From positions 1 through 13,497 of the forward strand of contig JAUWKS010000080.1 of assembly GCA_030614005.1 (NCBI GenBank): a stretch of DNA of 13,497 bases, read 5' to 3'. Every line of letters starts with the position of its first letter. The stretch's first letter is position 1. Below the pieces are notes generated by a model. The model did no database searches. It had not been told where the DNA came from and saw only the letters and a program-made list of their open reading frames with translations. Shown here one piece after another: positions 1 to 6,502 of the stretch. Origin of the DNA: Candidatus Heimdallarchaeota archaeon (GTDB lineage: Archaea > Asgardarchaeota > Heimdallarchaeia > JABLTI01). Both the position numbers and the translations under genes were made by a program.

Positions 1-142
1 AAAGTCTGAAAGACACCAGCCCCGTGCCCTACATGGACTCGGGAATCCCCCACTCGACTGTTCCTAGTGGGGGCTCAGAGATGAACTGCACCAACTTGCT
101 TGTTACGGTGACTGAGAATGGATAGATATCCTATTTGTCCAT
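1..142. ncRNA. Candidate structured non-coding RNA or cis-acting RNA element, truncated at the left edge; identity and strand unresolved
   Basis: 65 of the first 120 nt are G/C (54%) against roughly one third elsewhere. Back-to-back helices: 47-54/66-73 (CCCCCACT/AGTGGGGG, 8 bp perfect), 74-78/112-116 (CTCAG/CTGAG) enclosing a tandem-GA motif, and 118-128/132-142 (11 bp with two G.U pairs on +). No convincing protein. Confidence 0.5.
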
Positions 143-315
143 AAAAAAAGGAACGGTTTCTAAATGTGTTAGAGCACCACCTTTGTTCTTGTAGAGAGGG
201 GTATTTTTATAGCTTCTTCTCAACAATGTTTTGGATTTAATTAATAATCGATTAATTGAATAGCTAAAAACTTCGGAGCGTTGGAAGTCCTTTACCAAGG
301 ATGAGGTGCAAAGCA

Positions 316-1497
316 ATGTTAGGAATATCGCCAGCAAATAACTTGGATGCTTTTTATGATGAATATCGTTTCAGGGATATAGAATTTGATGAACTGCTAA
401 CTTCTTTTCGTGGAGTGTTAATGCATCCTGGAGAAGCAATTGCTCGAGTGATTCTCATAGGTCCTCCTGGTTCTGGGAAAAGCTTCCTCCTCAATTCGTT
501 TCAAGAACAAATAAAGAATGGTCGTATCATCAATAACGAATCTAATATTCAATTAAACTGTGTTACAATTGATTGTCAAAACCTCGATTCCTCTAAAACA
601 GTTGTCTATGAAATAATACGAAAAATCGATCCATTCTTCAAAGCTTCTCTAGATGAATGTCAAACAGCAGAATTACAGTACATTCTTGCAGATATCTTAA
701 TTGACAGAGAAGAAGCATTAATTATTATTTTTGATAATATAGATACTCTTGTCATGAAGGAACCCGAGGAAGTAAACTCTCTAATCTATGGTTTCCAAAG
801 ATTTTCTGAAGGGAAGAATAAAGATGAACCAAACCTCTTCTCACAAATTCTAGTAGCTCATAATATCGACTTTTTACAGGAATTAGATGATAGTGTTTTC
901 AGAAGAGTAGTAACAGACGTTATCCCATTTACACCTTATAGTGCTGAACAAACTTTTCAACTATTAGCCGAATTTGTAAAGAAAAATATTCGAAAGAAAA
1001 TTGCTGAGGAAACTGTTTGGTTTATTGCAATGATTTCTCTAGGAAATATGCGCTTAGCGATTGAATTACTCGAGAGAGCGGATTTAATCTCACAGAAAAA
1101 CCATCACATACTCATTCTTCCAGAGCATGTTCGTCAAGCAAATACAAAATTAACTGATTTTAAGCTTACCAAACAGATGATCAAGGATTTACCTGTAGGA
1201 GAAAAATTACTCACTTTATCTATCGCAAGAAGATTTCAAAGTAATTCAAAAGCATTCATTAATTTCTTAGATTTACCAAGCTTATTCTTCAGTATCTGTG
1301 AAGAATATAATATGCTTAAAATTGCTCGCTATTTCTCAGAGATATTGAATACTCTCGAGAGAATGGCTCTCATATCTATTCATAATGTCCAGAAAGAGGT
1401 TATTATTACTCTCTCAGATATTGCAGCAGAAGATCTAGTTCTTTATCTCGAGAAAGAATACAAGCAAAAAAGAAGAGATAATCCATATTTCATATAG
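316..1497 (+). CDS. cdc6: Cdc6/Orc1-family AAA+ ATPase with C-terminal winged helix, divergent paralogue
   Basis: Walker A GPPGSGKS, Walker B-like IIIFDNID, sensor-1 AHN, Arg-finger region VFRRV, FTPYSAEQ (cf. FPPY), sensor-2 GNMRLAIELL (cf. GDARxAIDLL), helical WH-type C-terminus. ORF track starts at 301, but the SD-like GAGGTG at 303-308 lies 7 nt before ATG 316, so 316 is preferred. Confidence 0.88.
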   Translation: MLGISPANNLDAFYDEYRFRDIEFDELLTSFRGVLMHPGEAIARVILIGPPGSGKSFLLNSFQEQIKNGRIINNESNIQLNCVTIDCQNLDSSKTVVYEIIRKIDPFFKASLDECQTAELQYILADILIDREEALIIIFDNIDTLVMKEPEEVNSLIYGFQRFSEGKNKDEPNLFSQILVAHNIDFLQELDDSVFRRVVTDVIPFTPYSAEQTFQLLAEFVKKNIRKKIAEETVWFIAMISLGNMRLAIELLERADLISQKNHHILILPEHVRQANTKLTDFKLTKQMIKDLPVGEKLLTLSIARRFQSNSKAFINFLDLPSLFFSICEEYNMLKIARYFSEILNTLERMALISIHNVQKEVIITLSDIAAEDLVLYLEKEYKQKRRDNPYFI

Positions 1498-1523
1498 ATA
1501 GATCTATAATATACAATATAATT

Positions 1524-1551
1524 GAATCCCAAAGGGGGGGCATTCTTTTTT
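1524..1551 (+). terminator. Putative terminator after cdc6
   Basis: GAATCCC (1524-1530) pairs with GGG-C-ATTC (1538-1545, one bulge), followed by T6 (1546-1551). Confidence 0.4.
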
Positions 1552-1600
1552 ATTTCTTAAAGAGAAGTGTAAATTTCTTCTTAGAATGATTAGGAAAGTG

Positions 1601-1607
1601 TTTAAAA
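1601..1607 (+). promoter_or_regulatory. Putative TATA box of trxB
   Basis: TTTAAAA preceded by purine-rich GGAAAG (BRE-like), 37 nt upstream of ATG 1638. No SD is visible, so a short leader is likely. Confidence 0.35.
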
Positions 1608-1637
1608 TAGATTCTTCATATCGTATAGTAGATAACT

Positions 1638-2561
1638 ATGAAAGAATATGATATTGTTGCAATTGGTGGCGGTCCAGCAGGGCTAACTGTCGGAACATAT
1701 GGGTCAAGATTCGGTCTAAAAACACTAATTATCGAAAAACAAGTAGTTGGTGGTGCAATGGCCATCTCACCTTTGATAGAAAATTATCCTGGGATGGAAC
1801 CAATCTCTGGTGTGGATTTAACGGAGAGATTCAAAAAACAAGCACAGACATTTGGTGCAGAAATTAAGGATATTACTAACGTCATTAAAATAGATCCCAA
1901 AGAAAAAATCATTGAAACAAATACCGGGGAAACCTTCAAAGCAAAAACAATTATTTTTACCACAGGAAGCAGACATAAGAAATTAGGAGTTCCTGGTGAA
2001 GAAAAATACACTGGTAGAGGAGTTTCTTGGTGTGCTACATGCGATGGTGCTTTCTTTAGAAATCGCAAAGTTGTTGTAGTTGGTGGAGGAAATTCAGCAG
2101 CTATAGAAGCACTTCATTTAGCAAAAATCGCTGGAGAAATTCATATCGTCCATCGTAGAGACAAATTACGTGCAGAACAAGCTCTTGTAAATGAAATTAA
2201 CAAATCAGGTATTCAATATTATTGGAATTCCAATATAAAAGAAATTCTTGGTGATGGTAAAAAAGTCACTGGTTTGAAACTTATTGATGTTAAATCTGAC
2301 AAAGTTAAAGAAGTTCCTGTACACGGTGTTTTTGTTTCCATTGGTTATAAACCTAATAATGAATTAGCTGCTACAGTTGGTTTAGAATTAGACCAATATG
2401 GTTACATTCGTGTTGATAAGAAAATGCGAACCAATATAGAAGGTATTTATGCTGCAGGTGACATCACGGGAGGTCAAAAACAATTAACCGTTTCCGTTGG
2501 TCAAGCAACCACTGCAACAATGAATGCTTTTCTCTATATGCATGATGGTTCTTGGTATTAA
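1638..2561 (+). CDS. trxB: Thioredoxin-disulfide reductase (low-Mr, FAD/NAD(P)H)
   Basis: FAD motif IGGGPAGLT, redox CATC, NAD(P)H motif VVGGGNSA, HRRDKLRA, second FAD motif IYAAGD; 307 aa. Confidence 0.97.
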   Translation: MKEYDIVAIGGGPAGLTVGTYGSRFGLKTLIIEKQVVGGAMAISPLIENYPGMEPISGVDLTERFKKQAQTFGAEIKDITNVIKIDPKEKIIETNTGETFKAKTIIFTTGSRHKKLGVPGEEKYTGRGVSWCATCDGAFFRNRKVVVVGGGNSAAIEALHLAKIAGEIHIVHRRDKLRAEQALVNEINKSGIQYYWNSNIKEILGDGKKVTGLKLIDVKSDKVKEVPVHGVFVSIGYKPNNELAATVGLELDQYGYIRVDKKMRTNIEGIYAAGDITGGQKQLTVSVGQATTATMNAFLYMHDGSWY

Positions 2562-2568
2562 TCTTACT

Positions 2569-2603
2569 CGCTGGATTCTTCTAGCGTTTATCTTTTCTTT
2601 TTT
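2569..2603 (+). terminator. Putative terminator after trxB
   Basis: CGCTGGA (2569-2575) / TCTAGCG (2580-2586), 7 bp with one G.U, loop TTCT, followed by TTTATCTTTTCTTTTTT. Confidence 0.55.
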
Positions 2604-2690
2604 CACTCTTTTTAGAAGGTTTTATATCCTCTTTATTCTCAATCTTTCTAAAATAAGCAATTATACTTGAGTAACTTTTGGTGTAACAAA

Positions 2691-3404
2691 ATGCGATTAT
2701 TGATCTCTCCCCAAACAATTAATGAAGCAGTTGAATGTGTAAAAGGGAATGCTGATATTATCGATGTTAAAAATCCATCAGAGGGGTCTTTAGGAGCGAA
2801 TTTTCCTTGGATTATCAGAAGCATACGTAAAATGGCTCCTCGAACAACACCAATAAGTGCTACTGTTGGAGATATTGCTTATCAACCAGGTACCGTTGCT
2901 TTGGCTTCTTTAGGTGCTGCAACTGCAGGTGCATCTTATGTCAAAGTTGGTCTCTTTGATATCAAGACCCTTGAACAAGGAATAGAAGTAATGAAAGCAG
3001 TTAAACGAACAATTGAAGAATACCATCTTCCTGTTTCTATTGTCGCAGCAGGATATGCAGAAGGTGAAAGTATTGGTTCCTTAGATCCACTTATCATCCC
3101 TCAAATCGCTGCAGCAGCAAAATGTGATTATGCAATGTTAGATACCTTTGATAAAACAGCCAAAAAGACTATCTTTGATATTCTCTCTAATTCGATTTTA
3201 GAAGAATTTATCGCTCTCTCGAGAGAGAAAAATATTAGTGTAGCACTTGGTGGTTCTATCAAACTAAATCACATCCCGATTCTAAAGAAACTGCAACCAG
3301 ACATTATTGGTATTCGAGGTGCTGTTTGTGATGACGGGGATAGAGTAAAGGGAACTATCAGATCAGACCTCATCAATGAATTTTCCCAAAAGCTAAAAGA
3401 ATAA
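2691..3404 (+). CDS. mfnB: (5-formylfuran-3-yl)methyl phosphate synthase (4-HFC-P synthase, UPF0264 family), methanofuran biosynthesis
   Basis: LLISP...ADIIDVKNPSEGSLGANFPW, ISATVGD, YVKVG, MLDT, ALGGS, PDIIGIRGAVC. Counting from ATG 2691 (not TTG 2667) places lysines at positions 27 and 85, matching the catalytic Lys27/Lys85 numbering of M. jannaschii MfnB. Confidence 0.93.
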   Translation: MRLLISPQTINEAVECVKGNADIIDVKNPSEGSLGANFPWIIRSIRKMAPRTTPISATVGDIAYQPGTVALASLGAATAGASYVKVGLFDIKTLEQGIEVMKAVKRTIEEYHLPVSIVAAGYAEGESIGSLDPLIIPQIAAAAKCDYAMLDTFDKTAKKTIFDILSNSILEEFIALSREKNISVALGGSIKLNHIPILKKLQPDIIGIRGAVCDDGDRVKGTIRSDLINEFSQKLKE

Positions 3405-3425
3405 ATAGGACTCTCATATTCCCTA

Positions 3426-4130
3426 TTATTTTTTATGTAGAAACATACTCTCGAGAATGCCTCTTGCTTGACCTAGCTCTTTGTCTGTTAACTCAGGTCT
3501 TTTACCTACATCTTCTTTAGTAAATTTCAACTCCTCTTTAGGAGCACTCATAAACATTCCTTCAGAATAAATTCCATGAATAGCTTGTGGTGGCAATTTT
3601 GCTATTGGAAGAACATCTCCTTTCTTTAATTCAGGGATATTTGTTACAACAAAGTATCTTGCTTGTCCATCAGATACCATGCATTTCCAATTACTTCCAT
3701 CCACTTTCTCAATAGTTTGAATTTCACCAACAAGAATGTCTATAGTATCTGCAAAATCATTCGAAAGACCATTGGTCAATCGTTCTCGTAATCGATAGAA
3801 GAAATTCCTCATAAAGAGAAGTAAACCCGTTGTTTGCCTTCCTTCGAGTCCTCTTGTTGTTAACATTTCCTCCCATTTTACTGGGAATGAGTCAAAAATA
3901 TCCTTAATAAAAATCTCAATATCTCTCAGCTCTTTTGACTGTAAAACTTTGTCAAGTGGCTTATAACTCCATTTTAGTGCCATTAATTTACTATTTATTT
4001 CAGCTAATCTTGAAAGTATTTTCTGCCGATCCATTGTAAGAGGTATCTGGCGATTTTTTACCATATCACTCAATCGTTTTACAATTCCTTCGGCCAAGAT
4101 TATTCTTGCATCTGAATCAATTCCAGTCAT
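3426..4130 (-). CDS. Archaeal tRNA-binding protein with C-terminal EMAP/Trbp111-like OB fold (COG2517 type)
   Basis: C-terminal DILVGEIQTIEK...VVTNIPELKKGDVLPIAKLPP...GIYSEGMF is the tRNA-binding OB-fold signature. Helical N-terminus with WSY. SD-like AGGTG upstream on the - strand. Confidence 0.82.
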   Translation of the reverse strand: MTGIDSDARIILAEGIVKRLSDMVKNRQIPLTMDRQKILSRLAEINSKLMALKWSYKPLDKVLQSKELRDIEIFIKDIFDSFPVKWEEMLTTRGLEGRQTTGLLLFMRNFFYRLRERLTNGLSNDFADTIDILVGEIQTIEKVDGSNWKCMVSDGQARYFVVTNIPELKKGDVLPIAKLPPQAIHGIYSEGMFMSAPKEELKFTKEDVGKRPELTDKELGQARGILESMFLHKK

Positions 4131-4433
4131 TTGTTTTGCACCTGTTCTTAACTTAGAATAAATAGCTTATTTTTAGAGTTTCTTATTAAAGAATAGTACT
4201 CTTTTCCCAAAAGAAATTTACGTTTAAAAAACGAATACTTTCGGTTATCCCTCTAATCGTCTCTTTTAAGTCAAAGTACAGAAAGATGTAATTAGAAATC
4301 AATCAGAAACCTAACGCGACGCTAAAAAACAACCTCAAAAAGGGAAAAAGAAATTATAGGTCATCCTTCAGTCTCCTATAAGCGAAAGAATCATATTTCA
4401 AAAGGTCTTTGATTTATTTCAGGAGAACAAATT

Positions 4434-5672
4434 ATGTCCAAAAAAGAAGAGACTGTGAAAGAAAAACCAAAGAAAAATACCACAGCAAAGAAGAAAGAAG
4501 AAGAACCCATTCCATTAGAAGATTTAGTGGAAGACGCTTATCAAAGCATTCTCGAAGAAACCGATGCTGAAGAGAAAAAACCAGCTAAAAAAGATAAAGC
4601 TGAAGAAGAAGAAAAAGAAAAGAAACCGAAAAAAACATCTCGTTCTAAAAAGAACGAAGCTGAAGAAATAGCTCCCAGAGAACCCCTTTATGAAGAAACG
4701 CCTTTTGTTGATGTTATTGAAAAAGATGCTTCCTTAGAGATTCCTGTTACAGATTTACCAGGTGTTGGTCCCGCTACTTCACACAAATTGAAAGAAGCAG
4801 GGTTAACAACCATTAGGGCTATAGCATTATCCAGCATATCAGATCTGGTAAACAACGCTGATATTGGAGAGAAAACGGCATCGAAATTAATTAAGATGTG
4901 TCAAGAACAAGTGGGACTTACTTTTAGCACTGCAGATAATCTCTATAAAGAGAGATTAGCTCTTGACCGAATTACTACTGGATCAGATAACCTGGATGAG
5001 CTTTTCGGCGGAGGATTAGAAACTGGCGGCATTACTGAATTTTATGGGGAATTCCGTACTGGTAAAACACAAATCGCACATCAATTATGTGTTACTGTGC
5101 AACTCCCTCGAGAACAAGGAGGATTAGCTGCAAATGCAGCCTATATAGATACAGAAGGAACTTTCCGGCCTGAAAGAATCGTAGAAATGGCTGAAAGATT
5201 TGGTTTGGATCCAAAACAAGTACTCCAAAATATTACTGTTGGTAGAGCCTACACTTCAGACCATCAAGTAAATCTTGCACGAGAGATTGCCGGTCTAGCA
5301 AGAGATAAAAATATTCGTTTGGTAGTTGTTGACTCACTTACATCACACTTTAGAGCAGAATACATTGGCAGAGGAACATTAGCCATAAGACAACAACGTC
5401 TCAATCAACACATTCACTTTCTGCTTACCCTAGCAGAGATGCATCATGTTGTTATTCTAGTAACAAATCAAGTTATGGCTAGACCAGACTTCTTCTTTGG
5501 AGATCCAACAGCACCTATTGGTGGACATATTGTTGCTCATTCTTGTACTACAAGAGTGTACCTCCGAAAGTCCAAGCAAACGAAACGTGTTGCAAAAATA
5601 GTTGACTCACCAGTATTACCTGAAGTTGAAACTGTCTTTGAGATTCTTTCCGATGGTATTCACGACGGTTAA
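4434..5672 (+). CDS. radA: DNA repair and recombination protein RadA with ~100-aa charged N-terminal extension; no intein
   Basis: HhH N-domain DLPGVGPAT, FxxA motif (FSTA), Walker A GEFRTGKT, YIDTEGTFRPER, Walker B VVVDS, L1 HFRAEYIGRG, L2 TNQVMARPD...PIGGH. SD AGGAG at 4421-4425, 8 nt before ATG 4434. Confidence 0.97.
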   Translation: MSKKEETVKEKPKKNTTAKKKEEEPIPLEDLVEDAYQSILEETDAEEKKPAKKDKAEEEEKEKKPKKTSRSKKNEAEEIAPREPLYEETPFVDVIEKDASLEIPVTDLPGVGPATSHKLKEAGLTTIRAIALSSISDLVNNADIGEKTASKLIKMCQEQVGLTFSTADNLYKERLALDRITTGSDNLDELFGGGLETGGITEFYGEFRTGKTQIAHQLCVTVQLPREQGGLAANAAYIDTEGTFRPERIVEMAERFGLDPKQVLQNITVGRAYTSDHQVNLAREIAGLARDKNIRLVVVDSLTSHFRAEYIGRGTLAIRQQRLNQHIHFLLTLAEMHHVVILVTNQVMARPDFFFGDPTAPIGGHIVAHSCTTRVYLRKSKQTKRVAKIVDSPVLPEVETVFEILSDGIHDG

Positions 5673-5676
5673 AAGA

Positions 5677-5708
5677 TTTAGTCCGCAAGGACTAGATTAA
5701 CTTTTTTT
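5677..5708 (+). terminator. Terminator after radA: GNRA-capped hairpin plus T7
   Basis: TAGTCC-GCAA-GGACTA (5679-5694) starts a few nt after the stop; T7 at 5702-5708. Confidence 0.65.
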
Positions 5709-5725
5709 ATAAAAAATAATCAAAC

Positions 5726-5749
5726 AACGGTTCATAAAAACCGTTTTTT
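5726..5749 (+). terminator. Second terminator-like hairpin after radA
   Basis: AACGGTT (5726-5732) / AACCGTT (5739-5745) running into a T-tract ending at 5749. Confidence 0.4.
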
Positions 5750-6038
5750 CTCTATTATTTTAAGAAAAAACAGCAATTTTGGAAGAAAAAATGGAGAGAA
5801 AAGGGTAATAGATTAGATAAACGTTTAAGTAAATTGTTATTTTTCTGAGGGTCGGTTTCCACTCGAAAAATGATTGCTCTAAAAAGGAGAAAAATGTCAT
5901 CTAGAAGAGTCTAAGTGACAAAAAAAGCATTTTCCTAGGAATTTAAAATAGCTCATAATCTAAATAAGATTCATATGAATAAGATAAATCACAGAAGAAA
6001 TTGCCGTATCACTTCAAAAATTATACGAGTCGATTAAA

Positions 6039-6422
6039 ATGTGTAAAATCTTAATAGCCGAGGATGATCCTTTAATCAGGAATTTGTTTAAAGAAATATT
6101 AATTAGAAATGGCTATGATATAGTTGAAGCTGTTGATGGAGAAGACGCACTAATTGTATATGACAAATTACACAAAAAGCCAGACATAATTATAGTTGAC
6201 TTTAGAATGCCAAAAATCAATGGTCTAGAATTAACGCAAGAAATCCTATCAAGAGATCCAAATTCTAACATTATTATGGTCACAGGAGACCCAGCTATGA
6301 ATCAAGAGATTCTAAACAATAGCGGAGTTATTTACAAAGAAAAGCCTGTGAACCTTGATGAATTTCTAAAAGAAATCCACAGTTTAGCTGAATTACAAGA
6401 TAGTCTTGGGGATATACAGTAA
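6039..6422 (+). CDS. Single-domain response regulator (REC/CheY-like)
   Basis: ILIAEDD acidic pocket, phosphoacceptor DFRMP, NGLEL, switch Thr (MVTG), conserved KP. No output domain. Confidence 0.93.
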   Translation: MCKILIAEDDPLIRNLFKEILIRNGYDIVEAVDGEDALIVYDKLHKKPDIIIVDFRMPKINGLELTQEILSRDPNSNIIMVTGDPAMNQEILNNSGVIYKEKPVNLDEFLKEIHSLAELQDSLGDIQ

Positions 6423-6502
6423 ACAAATCCAGGAAATATTGGAAATAAACCCGTAAAAAAAAGAAATAGTAAAACCTTACCAGGATATGGAATAGAATTA
6501 TC

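Noticed and set aside
40-59. tRNA-Leu-like or RNase P-like fragments on the - strand (GTGGGGGATTCCCGAG; AGGAACAGTC nearby)
   Set aside because: No D-loop GG, anticodon arm or T-loop; no RNase P conserved regions in the right order.
43-78. GAAT + CCCCCACT/AGTGGGGG hairpin + TCAG resembles an IS200/IS605 (TnpB) right end
   Set aside because: A GAAT guide predicts a TCxA cleavage site a few nt after the hairpin (as in IS608). Here TCAG follows after only 1 nt and is itself part of the next helix. No tnpA/tnpB is visible. Not excluded without left-flank sequence.
78-115. Box C-like GAGATGA and box D CTGA
   Set aside because: Only ~27 nt apart, with no C'/D' boxes or room for two guides; CTGA is used in the basal stem.
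237-259. AT-rich palindromes upstream of cdc6 (TTAATTAA, TAATCGATTA)
   Set aside because: Nearly all A/T and expected by chance; no ORB similarity.
131-337. 68-aa ORF on -
   Set aside because: Non-ATG start, no motif, spans the cdc6 promoter and start; probably spurious.
1531-1540. AAAGGGGGGG just downstream of cdc6, like an ORB G-string
   Set aside because: No TCCA..GGAAA core precedes it; it is better explained as the 3' arm of a terminator hairpin.
1784-2068. 94-aa antisense ORF
   Set aside because: Shadow of trxB.
5340-5545. DMC1-like residues in RadA loops L1/L2 (RQQ, ARPD, GGHI)
   Set aside because: These are standard in archaeal RadA and do not indicate a meiotic-type recombinase.
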